Origin: Azolla caroliniana
Lineage: Eukaryota; Plantae; Polypodiophyta
Reading direction: 5' to 3'
Length of the DNA stretch: 64,000 nt
Assembly (NCBI GenBank): GCA_043228905.1
Contig: JBHGNT010000005.1
Span: forward strand, 4,960,001 to 5,024,000
In this document: piece after piece, positions 24,945-40,600 of the stretch
Numbering within the stretch: the first letter of the stretch is position 1
How the letters are laid out: every line of letters begins with the position of its first letter
Made by a program: the position numbers and the translations under genes
The notes under the pieces: model-generated
Seen by the model: the letters and a program-made list of their open reading frames with translations, nothing else
Databases searched by the model: none
What the model was told of the DNA's origin: nothing

Positions 24945-26968
24945 TGAATTAGGCCTATAAAAAAAGGAAATTAAGCATAAAATAGGGGTTTACAAAGCAC
25001 AAATTAGGATTTTACAAGTGAAGAAGTTTGGGTTTAACAAAGAAGAAATTAGAATTTTGCAAAGCAAGAATTAGGGTTCTACAAAGGAAGATGGAGGGTA
25101 TGAAATGAGGTATCAGGGTTTCACAAAGAAGAAAATAGTTGTACAAGGGGGGATTAGAGTTTTACATAGGCAGAAATTAGGTTTTATAAAGCAGAGCTCA
25201 GTATTATACAGAGCGGAAACTGAAATTTTTTTTAAGCTTCAGAAAGTACAGAAATGAGTCTTTTACACAGTGTTAAGATTTAAGAAAGGCGGAAATAAGG
25301 GTCTCCAGAGTGAACATCTTTGAATTTTATTACTGTGTGAGAATAGAAATTAGGAATTCACAAAGTGCGGAATTAGGGATGTACAGAGTCCAAAAATTAG
25401 GGTTTCACAAGGAGCAGAATTAGGGGAACTTACAAGTGTAGCGATCGATTAAACAGGGAATTATTACACATCAGAGAACAGACGGAAACAAATCGCTCAA
25501 TTACAGGAAATTAAGCAGAAAAATACAAAGAGATAGACATAAATACGGAAATAGACAGAGAAAGGGAGGGAGGGAGGGATTGGCACTCACTTGTGGAAAT
25601 TGTGGTAGGAATGCAAGCTCGAACCCTGAACTTTAAGAGCAGCAAAATGAATACAAGAAGAAGAAAGCTAATCTAAGAAATGAGTAAACAGAATTGATCA
25701 AGCAAAGAGGGGAAGGAAAAGAGAAAGAAAAGACAGAGGAGGATCCTCGTCTTTCCAGCTCTAAAGCAAAGCATCCATCAAAAGCCCCTCTTCAATTCTT
25801 TGATATATTTTTTTGTTTTGTTTTGTTTTGTTTTGTTTAACCCATTTGCCATCTGGTCTTCATCACCAGGGCCCCCCTTCTCTTCCTCTCCATCTTTTTA
25901 TGTTCCTGTGGTTTCATGAATTCTTGAGAGAGACAGAGAGACAGAGAGAGCATATGCCATCTGAAGATCCAGGAATCAAAAGACATAAAACACTGACAAT
26001 TGGTACCCACTCCATTCCTTGTGGACCCATTTATTTATTTTTATTTTCAAAAGAATGGCTTTCTAAAGCCTACACTTTACTATACTCATCGCGGCCATCC
26101 GCTCGTTGTCGTCATGGTGGTGGTGGTCATCGAACAGTTGTTTGTTTGATTATTCGCTTGTCGGTTCATTTAAGGAACTCCAGGTAGACTCGTATCAAGC
26201 AAACTCACTCAGCACATGATCATGTGCGGCTATAAGGTATAGCTCGTCACATGGCTTTCAAGATTTAGCTAGTTGGTCGGGGTTGATTGACGGGACATTA
26301 TGTTATTGTTTCGTTTCCCTCTTTTCACACTAGTTGAAACCATGCTAGAAGAGAGGCGAGATGATCGTGTGCGATTGCCATTAAGGCTAAAGCCTAACTT
26401 CTAGGATTATTCTGGTCGTTAGAATGATCAATTAAAAGAAGGTAAGCTAGTTTAAATAACGTAAGTGTTGTTAATGTTGAGGAACAATTGTATTTTGGAT
26501 GTATTGCCATGCAATACATAGCTGTAGTTTGGCTATCAAGTTAATGCAACCCATTGAGACCGTATGAACCATTCAAGTTGGAGTCATATAAGAACAGTGG
26601 AAAGACGCAACTTTAGTTGTTCATGTGCATGTGCCTCAAAACAACTTGGAAAGATATTGATGTTGTCCATTTCTTGCTAGTTTGGGGTTAGTAAGGCACG
26701 TGATCCTTATTCCACATGGAGGTCCCATTTCATGTCTAAGTGTACGATATATAGGTGGGGAAATTCGTGGCCTCTTGCAGTTGCTTCTTGGTATAGTCAT
26801 TGTTATATTTGTAACATTTACTTCCTATAATAGACGGGTCGAAAGTGGGTGTCAATGTGATTCAATGGCAAGTAATGTAAAACATAATGAAGGTAGTTTC
26901 ACATTGCGTCATATGAAAGTCAAATTTCAATCCAATAAGAAGCTCCAAAATTCAAAAGATTTGTTTAC

Positions 26969-27601
26969 ATTAGGACATGAAAGAAGCAAAAGTTTTATTT
27001 CTTTTATACGTATAACACAACCATTATTTGCACATTAGAAAATACCTTTCAAGTGGACCATGTTCCCATTTGTTTTGACTTATTGTTTGTATCGAAAGAG
27101 GAAGTTTTGAAAGGTAAAGAGAGTATGAGTGAGCGATGTGCCACCAATGTGATTTGCTATTGACATTTGTGAACTGTAGAGGATTTCCTTTGTCACCAAA
27201 AATGCTCACAAAGAAAGTATTGCTTTCTACGAGCATCTATTCATTTGAGTAACTCATCTTTGTAAGAAACAATTTCAACACACTATCCCAATCACTTTCA
27301 TTTGGTACAAACAAGCAATCCTTTCACACTATGGTGGAGCAAAACTTTATTACTTTATGAGCATTTCTTGGTTTCAAAGAAAATGTTCTAACACTTTACA
27401 GATGTCGATAGCAAATCATAGTGGTGGCACATAGTTCACTCATACTCTCTTACCTTTCAAAACTTCCTCTTTCTATACAATGAACTGGTCAAAACAAACA
27501 ATGACATTTGTTCCACTTGAAATATATTCTCGATTGTGCACAAATTGGTTGGGTTAAATGTAAAAAAAGGAATCAACTTTTGCTTCTCTCATCTCCTAAT
27601 G
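26969..27601. mobile_element. Degenerate foldback / MITE-like long inverted repeat (~260-bp arms, ~100-bp loop); second copy ~40469-41102
   Basis: gaaagaggaagttttgaaaggtaaagagagtatgagtga (27093-) pairs with tcactcatactctcttacctttcaaaacttcctctttc (27436-). cattagga...gaagcaaaagtt pairs with aacttttgcttc...tcctaatg. Confidence 0.8.
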
Positions 27602-28720
27602 CCTAATTTGATTTTGTGTATGCATTGATGAAGTTTTGCTTCATTTTAGAGAGAAAATTTCCATTAGCTCCACATCAACGTTGAGATCAACTATTTCATT
27701 TTTACATGGTTCTCCCAAATTTATTTTATTTTTTATGGTTTCATTCATAACCTTCAAAGTCATAGGGGGGAATTTTTTATGCCAATCTTGTTACATGTAC
27801 CCGATATGTTGAAATAAGATTTGTTTTGAGTTGCATTGATCTTTGCCATATTAATAGTCCTTTGTAATAGGCCAACTTCTTGCATGTAACAAAATGCTAT
27901 TTTATGTTTTTTATGATGTTTGGATCACTTTGGATAAGTTTTGGCTCTATGTTTTTCTCTCTAAGAGTTCATGAGGACTTTTGTGCATCTTGTCTAGATA
28001 GTAGACTACTTGTTTTGTCATAAAATGTCAAGATTGTGAGATTAATTTTGGCCTTTAGGTATGTAAGTGGGGAAATTTCCATCTCTTTGAGGGTTGTTTG
28101 ATGAGGACTTCCTATCTAAATATTATGACCCTAAGTGGATTTGCCCTCAAAACAATGCCTAATATCACATACTTAGTCTTGACAAGTGGCACATGTCTGA
28201 ATGTAGTTTGAAGAAAAGAAGTGGTTTGTCCATAAGTGTCTAGTCCATGTTGGGAAAATTTACACAACTGTGATAAAAACAATGTGTTCATTTTACATCT
28301 AAATATTAGTATGATTGTGTCTTCCATGTAACATACATGTTTTGCAATCTTCAACATAGGTATGTTAGGATCACAATGTACATGTATGAAGGTTAATGAT
28401 ATTTTGTTTTTATCAAGGTTTGTGAGTTGCCAATTAGAGGCGCCTAAAATTAACTACTAGAATATGTGTTTAAAATATGCTACAAATTTAACAAGTAAAA
28501 CATGATCAAATTTGTTCAAGGGAAGCTTTTTGTTGTGACGTGTAATTTAATAAATGAAATATAATATTACAATACGAAGGTACACTACAATACACTATCC
28601 AAAAAAGAGTGAAATATTCTTTAAGGTTTTGACACCAATGGCCACTTTATACATTAGTATATAACCACCAATATGTAACAAAAGCAATAAGCCATAAAGA
28701 TTGAATTACCACAATCCTAG

Positions 28721-28748
28721 TATGTATGTATGTATGTATGTATGTATG

Positions 28749-28778
<30 letters not shown>
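28721..28778. repeat. (TATG)n microsatellite, 16 bp shorter in copy 2 (~42222-42263)
   Basis: Directly visible. Confidence 0.95.
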
Positions 28779-28779
<1 letters not shown>

Positions 28780-31552
28780 TAGTCTATTGAACAATACAAA
28801 GTATTTAATGTTTCAATATTGTGCATATGCTAATCATCCTTACAAGTGGGATATATAGGAGCAAACTAACATAATACCTCACCGTGTGAGAATAATTACT
28901 CTTCATCATGTCCATTGTAAAGTAATATGGGCATGAACCAATAAGACCTTGATCTTTCTATGTTTTTCTATTTGTAGTTGGAGATATGACTAAGAAAGTT
29001 GCAAATTCACATCATGTTGTGCATTAAGTTTGATCTACATAAGTGGTTTCATATTCACAAGGTTTTGATCCTACCATGGCCTACACGTCGAACTTCAAAG
29101 CCTTTTCAAGGTGATTCTTGCATGGTCCTTATCAAAGAGGGGAAAAACAATTGTATCTCATATTAAATCCATCATCTCAATATGCCAAAAAGCTATGAAG
29201 AAAGGTCCTTAATTATGTCTTCTATAGTAGGAATTATTAAGTTTGTTGTACCTTGAAGCCCCACAAAGAGTTATTATATGGATTGGAAATGGTGTTTCAA
29301 AAAGTACCTTCTATGCTGCGTGGTCAAATATCATAACCGACACTATTACTCTATGTCACATTCAGCAATCGTTCTCACTTTGTAAAGAACTTTTTTCCAT
29401 TGTTGATTTAATTCAACTATTTTTCCTACAAATGATGACACATTTATGAAGGATGGGTTCCAGGCTAGATAAAATCTGGATATTATAGTACTTCTTTGTG
29501 TCACATGAATGAGTTTGTAGCAAATATTTCCAATAGTTTATGTGAAGAATTAACAATGCCTTAATGAATTATGTTCAGACGCGCAAGTTGTTATTTTGAA
29601 GTTTGCCCAAGGAAAGGAATAAAGACAATGCAACAACGATATTTTAAATGTTTGCAAATAAAAATTTGAAAGTATCTTTACATAACATAGCTCCATCAAC
29701 TCACACTCCAACTCGAAATGATAAATAATTCCAACCCGTTATACAAACAAATTGATTTATATGGAAAAACTAAGTTGTTGCCAGAGCTATTACCAATTGG
29801 AAATAAATGACATTATCAACATCATAGATCATTCAAGAAATTTCATTTACAATGATATGGAACGACCTTCCTCATGTTTTCAACCATGATGCTTTCCAGT
29901 TGCAATGATATACCATCTAGGGCTAACACCTTGTTAGATACATGATATGTTTGTGATATGCATGAGATTTGTGGCATCAAGGGAAGGTTTCTCATCGTTC
30001 CTTTTGCTACTTTTGGCCATGTCAAATGTTATTATCATTGGTTTTTGGTGGAATCATAATATTTTGCTTGTCAATAAAAGGCTATGCAACATTTAAGTTA
30101 GTGGGACAAATAATAGATTTTATGTTGGATTCATAGTACATCACATATGCAAAGTGTTTCTCCTAGTTATAAGCCTTTCATGTCAAAAGACCACTCACAT
30201 TTTGCGAAGGAAGACTTTAAGTTGAAGAATCATAATCTTTTACTTCAATTTTTTGCCTTATGTTGGAGATGGGTAAGAAGGCAAGAATAAACTTGAGAAT
30301 ATTCTATTTGATAGTAGTAATTGAGGAAAGGTGTCAATCCAATCATAATTTACCCGGTTTTTATAAATGGCAATACCCCGTACACCTCATATCCAAACAT
30401 TGGTTACAAGAGTGGGACCCATATGAAACTTCTTATTCTTTTGAAAATAAAGAATAAAAATGAACGATCATAGTCATTCACATGACAATATGGTTGTGAT
30501 GAAATTTAGACTTTGAATGCAAGGCAAAGACATGCATTTGTTGGAATCAAAACAACCATTTGAAAAAATGACAGTAATCAATGAATAAAAATACATTCAA
30601 ATGTCTCTCACCTTTGGCTCATATGAGTTGAAGATACCTCTTTGGTATGTATTTACAAGTTTCTATCTTTTGGTGGAAGTGTGGTTGGCACAATTGAGAA
30701 TGTAGTGAAATCTTTTCGAAATGTATATAAATTTCAACTTGTTTATCATGTTTGGCTTGGTTACTTCTTGCTTTGTAAACACAAGAAGAAGATACCTTCC
30801 TATAAATTAATCAGAAAACATATGTTCCCCATTATGTGAGTGTGCATTGATAAACCAATGGAAAGTAGGCCAAAGGATGTTGCACTTGGACTCATTCACA
30901 TGATAATCCTACGCATAATAGCAATTAGGATTCCCTCAAGACAGAAGCATCTTTGACAATATCGTCCTTTTTGGGAGATGATTGCATTTGCTCAACATCA
31001 CAAACTGGTATGGTTGTCATACGAATGGCATGATGCTCTTTGTTAAAGGAATTTCTACATACATGTGTATTTTTTATTTCCATATTCAACAGGATAAAAA
31101 ATTGCAGCCTTATACACCCTCAGATAATTTACTACAAAACCTACTCGTTGTTCCAGTTAGGGTGATGTCAAGATTCGAACTCTTGACATAACCATGTTGT
31201 AATCAAGTGTTATGTGTTAACCACACATCTAACATATAATCATGTATATATTTCCTCATTGTAGGTTTTAGCTAGCATCATGTGCATAATTTCTCCCTTG
31301 TATTATTAACACTTGGCACATGCATGCGTACCTACTGCTTACGTGCTCTATTGTATCACATGCGTGCAATAGGTATGCATGCCACTCAGTATAAATAGTT
31401 GAGTTCACCTTGAAGGAATTCAAGGTGAACAACGCCAGTCATGGACATATCAATCTAGTATTCTCGTTTCGCCCATCTTCTCTCCTTAATCTTCATCTCT
31501 ATCTTTATGCTCTTGTGTCATTCCGTCATCGCTGCACCAAGCGCGGACACAC

Positions 31553-31652
31553 NNNNNNNNNNNNNNNNNNNNNNNNNNNNNNNNNNNNNNNNNNNNNNNN
31601 NNNNNNNNNNNNNNNNNNNNNNNNNNNNNNNNNNNNNNNNNNNNNNNNNNNN
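31553..31652. other. Assembly gap (100 N)
   Basis: Run of N. Confidence 1.
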
Positions 31653-34600
31653 AGTCTAGGGTTTCGATCACCACCAATGCTTAATTATTTTCCCTTTCTC
31701 GTGTCGGGGGTTTAACAATGTAAATTTCCCACTTCTAGGGTTTCGCCAAATCTTGATCTCATGTTGTAATGCTAGAGTTTATTTAATGTTATAAGGAGCT
31801 TTCTCCTTTGGTTAGGGTTTGTCGAATTACTTGGTCACATTCTCCATAACGTATCGAGATTCCCTACCTTGTGAACATTCTGTATCAATCCATATAAACT
31901 AATATAGTTTGGCATCACCTTTGTCAAGGTTTGTCGTTATCATTTATCGACTTGCTTTATAATTATACATGTACAAATAGTTTTGATCATAAAAAGTTAT
32001 GTTTGATTCACATTGTAATTGAAAAGCCCTTGTCATATTAAAGCCTTGGCTCCGCTACCTTACATATGTTGGTTAACTACTTACAATAAGACTAGTAATG
32101 TTGATACAAACAAGCCTTATAATAATATTACTGTCACAACATAGTTCCCTGAGTGTAAACCCTACTTTGCAAGAGATTGTTTGCTTTATAGTTCCACTTA
32201 ATTTATAAAGGTTGTTGATGAAATGTACGCGCACGGTGCTAGCATATAAAGGAAACTTCCACACGATTACATGCCAACCTCAAATTCATTTATGTTAGTT
32301 AAGCACTTGGAGCAAATTCATTACTTCGACATTGGCATGGTCATTCAAAAAATACTTCACATTTTGATGTGATGTATTGATGAATATGCAACTTCAACTC
32401 AAATATCATTCATGCTTATCTCATTGCTAATTGTTTATATGGAACCTCACTTAAAACTGTTAAATATTTTAACGCTTCTAGTGGATTATTTCATACTTGA
32501 CTAGTCATTTTGTCGTCATGCAAAACATATAGGCCATAAAGGTGATGTAATTCCAGGACACTTAAATCGTTTCTTGTCGATTTTGTTTTTTGTGTATTCC
32601 TCCATATAACAGAATGTTAATATACTTTGGTTCAATGTAGTTCCCTATCACGATAATATTAGAGTTTGTCAGAGTTATGGTTATTGTGTGAATATTTTTG
32701 CACGCAAAATGTGATCAATGATTATGTTGAATGGTAATCCATCCACGTGTGCCATTTATGTTTGTGATTTACAAAGTACCATGGCATGGTGCAAGAAGTT
32801 GAATGCAAAGATTGTGAGCAAAGGATGGGATGAGATATTCTAATTTAATTCACCATTTAAAGGGAAAGGATCAAGAGTTTTGTCTTATTATTCTATTTAA
32901 AATTTTGTTTACTTCCATTGGTTGGAGAGGGTCAATCAAATGCAAGATACATGCACTTAGACATGTTGGAATATGAACTTATCTAGAAGCTTTCAATATT
33001 TTAGGTCACTTGTTCTAAATAATACATTAGTGATGCCTCCTTCAATCAAAGTACTACTAATTTTAATAATATTGCTATGCTTATCGCATGTCTTGATCCT
33101 TCTATCATCATCATTATGTATCTACAAACCCAATTATTCCTTACGTTTTATGGATACCTTCAAGATATTACACTGGATTCCAATTGCATGGTGCCTATAT
33201 CAAATTGTTTAAAAAACAATGGGGATTGTTCCATGTGGTTGTAATGTTTGGTATTATTCAAAGGTATTACACTGTATTCCAATTGTGTGGTGCCTATATC
33301 AAAGTGTTTCAAAAACAATGGGGATTGTTCCATGTGGTTGTAATGTTTGGTACCAACCTCACAAGGATGTCTTCGCAATAGGAAACATATAACACTATGA
33401 AAAATGTGTGGGAACGATGTAGAGTTACCAAGAGTTTGTTGTGCATGTGATATATAACATTGTCCTCTTACAATATCTTTTCCTTGAGTTGAGGCTTAAT
33501 TTGACCTATTAGCTCGTGCTACTACAATGGGTATCTCGAATTGCTTTTCTAGTTTGGTGCTATTCCCTCTAAATCTATCTTTATTATTTTTGAGGTACAC
33601 GTGGCAATCCACACAATAGCACTTAGATTTTCTAATGTTTGACATCCACATGTATTGGTACCCTTGGTATCCAACTTGTTGTCCATATATTTAGTATATA
33701 TGTGGCATATTCTAGCATTGCATTATGTCATAAGTAATGAATTGTGTGCAATCATTCTAGCTAAGGCTCGATTGAGCTTTTGGATGTTTAGATTTTTAAT
33801 GATCTTGTTTGAGTCAACTTCTTTTGTCTTACTTAGTTCTTTGGATAGCCTAAGTGATTCAATTTCACCATAGAATTTTTGCTTGGGATTCCATTGTTTT
33901 GAAGGATTTTAGCTTGCTCCCATCTTCCAATGATTGGCCTTGTCTTACCTTGACTTGACATTAACAATTAAGGAACACCTTGCACAACCCACATTAATAG
34001 ACCAAAGGACAAAATAGGTTTACTTTTATAATCCTCGATCATTGCAACTTGATTGATGATGCATGCATATTCACAAGAATGGTATTCATTAATCTATGGT
34101 ACACGAGGGATGTTGACGATTTATAAGTCAAGGCAACTTGAAGATAGATATATTTCTTTTTAACGTCCACGGGAGATGGGTTCGAGCCCATGGCGGGGAT
34201 CGAACTCTAAAGTTAGAGATAATTTTTAATTGAGAATTTGTAGAGTGGTGTCATTGAGGGTCCACTCAATCTACTATTGGCAACAAGTAATGTCTATGGT
34301 GAGGGCCAAAGGCTATCATGGCCGGCCGCTTGTGATGCCTCAAATCCAAGAATAGTTACACATCCCGATATGTAAGGGAGGAGAGTTGGCTCACATGTAG
34401 ATATATAAGGTAGACATAGTTTATTTATAAGTAATAATTGTGAGTTATTCGTATTCTTTGATGGGCTTCATTCTCGCTCTCTCCCTTGTTAGAACTTAGA
34501 AGTAGGAAACCCTTCCACCACTCTTAAGACTTATTCTAATTCTCTCCCTTCAATTACATTCTTCTCTTTAGCAACAAGCACCCTTGTTCTTTTGTAGCAT

Positions 34601-37600
34601 ATCTAATGTTGCCTTATATTATAGCTATATATCACTATATCCAACCAACCATTATGTTATTTCCCTAATCTATACGGTCCCTAGATAATTTTAGGCAGCT
34701 AGGCTACTTCACATTAGTCCCGTCGAAGACCAACATGAATTCGTTATCATTTATAATCAAATGTTTTTTACAAACTTATGACTACATATTATGCATACCA
34801 ACGTCACAAAAAATGGCCAAGTATTTATCGGTTTCTTGTAGGCCCTAATATATTAAGATCTAGAGCATGATACTAACATTGTTGACCTTAGCGACGAGAT
34901 GCAATGACATCATCTTCCATAAGCTCATTATCTAGTTTTTGAACCTATTTGACACATCACGAAGCTCTTGTAAATGTCATTGTATAGAGCATAGTAGGTT
35001 TATGACCAAACCATGTTGGGAATCCAACTTATCTCAAAGTCAAATTATTTTGTGACTACCCTAGTGACACAAATCTTGTGTGATTTGCTAAGATGTCAAT
35101 GATAGGAAACAACATGTTTATTACATGAAGGGATTGCCTTGCAAGGACATGGGGCAACCAATGAAATTACGTTTCAAGATTGTACTGACCATATCACGAT
35201 GCCAAATTTCAAGTTGAAGTAGTCAATGAAGTGAATTTGCAATGATTGTTTGCAATTGAATTTGCAAAATGACTTTGATAAGTGCTAAATCATTGACCTT
35301 AAGTGAGTACTTCTCCAACAAGTTTCCTCTTCTTCTTCCTTTTCTACCCCAATCTTTATTGTCAGTCTCGGATTCTATTATTGAATTGTTTCACAAACGT
35401 TTTAATTTATGATTTATCAACCATTAAACAAGGTAGAAGAAAGCCATCATTCAGCTTCTGCAGTGGCATAAATATATTTTAAACGGTTGGTTATGTAGCA
35501 TAACCAATATCTTGTTCCCTAAAAATGTGTGAAATAAGATTTAGTGAAGGTTAAGCAAACCGTCCTTTAGATAGAACCAAAATAAATAAATCTTAAGGCA
35601 AAGATTTGCATTCCAGAAAGCATACATCAAACTGAGGTACAACTCATCAGTGAAAATGGAAAGATAACCATTTAAGAAACTGAGCATCTTGCAATAACAA
35701 TTTACTTGACATCCAATAATCCTAGTATAAAAAGCATTACAAGAATGTCTCCAACTTAACTGAGATTGATTAATTCACACCCAGTAGTTTGAGAAAATTG
35801 ATGCAACCTTATAAAAACTCATACAAGCTTTCATATCATTTTGTGACAAATGTTGGCTTAAAACTTGAGAAATTATACAAATCAGGAAATAATTTCAAAT
35901 GGAAAAGCAAAACATTCTTTGTGCTTTTCCTTACTGAAGGTGTATTCGAGGAATAACTCTTAAGGCATAGAGGCCAGGCAGACGAAGACAAATCCTTGTG
36001 GACAATCATCTTTTCCTGAGTGAAACTGAAACCGAAATAACGAAAACCGAATACTCGTAGACTAGTGTAAAGTAGGCTATGAAAAAGAACACCCACCCTA
36101 CATACACACTTCCCCACCCTTACCTTTGCTGGGCTTGAGGATAATCATTTCATTATTTCATGCCTAGAAATGATGTAATCTAAGTAAGACTCTCTACTAC
36201 AACACTTGGCATTTGAGCACATATCATATTATATAAGACATCCTCCAGTATAAAAGGACCCGCGATTTACGGATCAAATACGCACTGTGCATTTGCTCCA
36301 ATTCCTCTTTGCTTGACAAGTTTCCCAAAGTGTATGGCCGAATAGTTAATGGCGTCACATGATGCTCAAACAGCACTAGATTCAGAGAAGAGATCGAGCA
36401 ATGCCAGTGTCTACACATCATCAACAAACAAAAACAAATTTTAGAATGATTAAGCAGACATAATTAACAAATTTAAGAAAATCAATCAACATAATTAACA
36501 AAATTAAAAGTAAAGCAATCAAATTCTTTAAAATTTAAAACCACGAATTCGATCATCCAAAAAAGCCCAATATATTTTTAATGAAATATCGACCTCTGGT
36601 ACTGAAAGTTGTAGGCGGAATTTGGGTCCATCATAATGGTGAAGAACAGGTCGAAATGAGTCTTCTTCAAGGGGCTTGGAGACTCTTCTCACTCGAATGC
36701 GAACCTAAATGAAAGCATACATAGAGTTGGAAATAAGAAAATTGATTTATGGGGTGAAAGATACTGACAAACGGCCACAGAAAAAACTCAAAACTTTTTG
36801 CAATATTTTTGTTCCCAAAATGAGAATTCTACTTCCATGATTTTTATCCACGACATATTGATTACTCTGTTAGTAGGATTTACAAGAAACTATTTGAGAT
36901 GACATAGAACTACATTGCAATTGTGAGAGTAGTAACAATTGAGCATCATTTTCAACAAAAAAATAAACACTACTAAATGGGTACAATGAAGCATTGCCTG
37001 AAGCCAGGTAACATCAACATAAGCAATAGCCAACCTGAGCTGGGAATCGAGATTCGCCTTTGCATTTCTTGTCCTCCCAAGCTGTTGGATCAATGTTTGA
37101 ACCCCCGAAACTAGATGCCTGAAAAGGGAATATTTCTCTCAATACATTCACCGAACATTACTCCATGAACATACTTTCCATCCATGAATATCACAAAGGT
37201 CACTTAAAAACAAAACAATTTCCATGAAAAATGCTAGAAAGAGATTTCCTTCAAACGAGGACAGTAGTATAAATAATGTAGTCCATGCACAGGAATGGAT
37301 ATTTCCATAAATGACTTATCTGTTCCAAGATTGAAAACTTGTCATCAAAATATTACCTCATACACTCCATGAAGTTGGTGTGTGGTATAGTTATATAGAA
37401 ATAAAGGCAAGCCTGGTTGGATCGCACGAACCGAGTCTCGATATCTTTGAGGTAATCCTGTGAAACAAAGAATATCTAGTCACATACATTGTTCCAGCAC
37501 ATCCTGATATCTGTGATGCTGACACATATACAGCATCACAGACATGGAGACCTCACTGTCCAAGCTTCTGGAGAAGATTTTAAGCAAAATGCATATGACA

Positions 37601-40600
37601 TTACAAATTTAAAATATCTTATAAACTTCTCTACAAGCTGCACAATAAATCATTAACCAATAACATTGTAGAATCCTCTCTGGAGAGACCCTCGAATCTT
37701 CCAAGATAATATCAATTTTTGAAACTTATGAAACACTAGATTGAGAACATTCTACAAAGTTCTATGCAAACTCAAGATCTTACAAACTACACGGCTGTTT
37801 CGAGAAACTATTTACAGGTCAGGTTAACACAACACAGCATCAACCAATTACATTTCAAAAACTTTCTAGAAACTTCTAATCAAGTCAATCACATTGTTTC
37901 CAATCAATCACATTCTAGAAATTAGTATCCATAACATTTTAGAAACTTCGAACTAAAACATTGCAAAGAGCTTCTTGAATCTTCTGAAGCTAGGAAACAT
38001 ACCAAATAATTGACGTTTGAGGTCTTCGGCCATCGTATCGTTGTTGCAAACAAAGATGTAACCCCCTAATGTATCAGTTCTCGGGAGAGTCTCTGCCGGT
38101 GGCAATGACTTAAACCTCTTCTCGGTCGTACTATTTCCGAGGACTGGAGATGATGAATTCAGTATGTTCCCACCCATTGAAATCTTATGATTGAGCTCGT
38201 CAAATTTCACAAAAGCCTGAAATTTCTGGTTCAGTACTTCCCCTTTGGAAGCTTCATCAGATTTTCCTTTTTTGGGAGCTTTTGATTGTTTTAAGTTCTT
38301 CTCTATAGTTATGGGCCTAATTTTCTCGAATTTCACTCTCATTTGGTCAACCAAAGCTAGCTTTGAAGCTGCAATCTTCCAATTTTGGTCTTCTTGAATC
38401 TCACTGTGGCCTCTTTTCTCATCATTTACACTCCAGAATGAATATAAGTGGTCCATTGAGTTAGGCCTATAAAAAAAGGAAATTAAGCATAAAATAGGGG
38501 TTTACAAAGCACAAATTAGGATTTTACAAGTGAAGAAGTTTGGGTTTAACAAAGAAGAAATTAGAATTTTGCAAAGCAAGAATTAGGGTTCTACAAAGGA
38601 AGATGGAGGGTATGAAATGAGGTATCAGGGTTTCACAAAGCAGAAATTAGTTGTACAAGGGGGGATTAGAGTTTTACATAAGCAGAAATTAGGTTTTATA
38701 AAGCAGAGCTCAGTATTATACAGAACGGAAACTGAAAAAAAATTTAAGCTTCAGAAAGTACAGAAATGAGTCTTTTACACAGTGTTAAGATTTAAGAAAG
38801 GCGGAAATAAGGGTCTCCAGAGTGAACATGTTTGAATTTTATTACTGTGTGCCGAGAATAGAAATTAGGAAATCACAAAGTGCGAAATTAGGGATGTACA
38901 GAGTCCAAAAATTAGGGTTTCACAAGGAGCAGAATTAGGGGAACTTACAAGTGTAACGATCGATTAAACAGGGAACAGACGGAAAAAAATCGCTCAATTA
39001 CAGGAAATTAAGCAGAAAAATACAAAGAGATAGACATAAATACGGAAATAGACAGAGAAAGAGAGGGAGGGAGGGATTGGCACTCACTTGTGGAAATTGA
39101 GGTAGAAATGCAAGCTCGAACCCTGAACTTTAAGAGCAGCAAAATGAATACAAGAAGAAGAAAGCTAATCTAAGAAATGAGTAAACAGAATTGATCAAGC
39201 AAAGAGGGGAAGGAAAAGAGAAAGAAAAGACAGAGGAGGATCCTCGTCTTTCCAGCTCTAAAGCAAAGCATCCATCAAAAGCCCCTCTTCAATTCTTTGA
39301 TATATTTTTTTGTTTTGTTTTGTTTTGTTTTGTTTTGTTTAACCCATTTGCCATCTGGTCTTCATCACTAGGGCCCCCCTTCTCTTCCTCTCCATCTTTT
39401 TATGTTCCTGTGGTTTCATGAATTCTTGAGAGAGACAGAGAGACAGAGAGAGCATATGCCATCTGAAGATCCAGGAATCAAAAGACATAAAACACTGACA
39501 ATTGGTACCCACTCCATTCCTTGTGGACCCATTTATTTATTTTTATTTTCAAAAGAATGGCTTTCTAAAGCAACACTTTACTATACTCATCGCGGCCATC
39601 CGCTCGTTGTCGTCATGGTGGTGGTGGTCATCGAACAGTTGTTTGTTTGATTATTCGCTTGTCGGTTCATTTAAGGAACTCCAGGTAGACTCGTATCAAG
39701 CAAACTCACTCAGCACATGATCATGTGCGGCTATAAGGTATAGCTCGTCACATGGCTTTCGAGATTTAGCTAGTTGGTCGGGGTTGATTGACGGGACATT
39801 ATGTTATTGTTTCGTTTCCCTCTTTTCACACTAGTTGAAACCATGCTAGAAGAGAGGCGAGATGATCGTGTGCGATTGCCATTAAGGCTAAAGCCTAACT
39901 TCTAGGATTATTCTGGTCGTTAGAATGATCAATTAAAAGAAGGTAAGCTAGTTTAAATAACGTAAGTGTTGTTAATGTTGAGGAACAATTGTATTTTGGA
40001 TGTATTGCCATGCAATACATAGCTGTAGTTTGGCTATCAAGTTAATGCAACCCATTGAGACCGTATGAACCATTCAAGTTGGAGTCATATAAGAACAGTG
40101 GAAAGATGCAACTTTAGTTGTTCATGTGCATGTGCCTCAAAACAACTTGGAAAGATATTGATGTTGTCCATTTCTTGCTAGTTTGGGGTTAGTAAGGCAC
40201 GTGATCCTTATTCCACATGGAGGTCCCATTTCATGTCTAAGTGTACGATATATAGGTGGGGAAATTCGTGGCCTCTTGCAGTTGCTTCTTGGTATAGTCA
40301 TTGTTATATTTGTAACATTTACTTCCTATAATAGACGGGTCGAAAGTGGGTGTCAATGTGATTCAATGGCAAGTAATGTAAAACATAATGAAGGTAGTTT
40401 TACATTGCGTCATATGAAAGTCAAATTTCAATCCAATAAGAAGCTCCAAAATTCAAAAGATTTGTTTACATTAGGACATGAAAGAAGCAAAAGTTTTATT
40501 TCTTTTATACGTATAACACAACCATTATTTGCACATTAGAAAATACCTTTCAAGTGGACCATGTTCCCATTTGTTTTGACTTATTGTTTGTATCGAAAGA

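Larger units (their letters stand above)
18140..31166 (+). repeat. Copy 1 of ~13-kb near-identical direct duplication
   Basis: Matches 31653-44651 with an offset of 13513 at the start and 13485 at the end; the ORF track is duplicated. Confidence 0.97.

Noticed and set aside
28880-29900. Possible fossil hAT transposase (fragments such as LHVELQSL and KFAQG); similar faint hints at ~1600-2400 and ~53900-54350
   Set aside because: Too degraded to support by eye; needs tBLASTn with hAT queries.
31300-31552. LTR-like segment (TATAAAT then CT-rich tract) before the gap
   Set aside because: Truncated by the gap, with no partner LTR, PBS or coding region visible.
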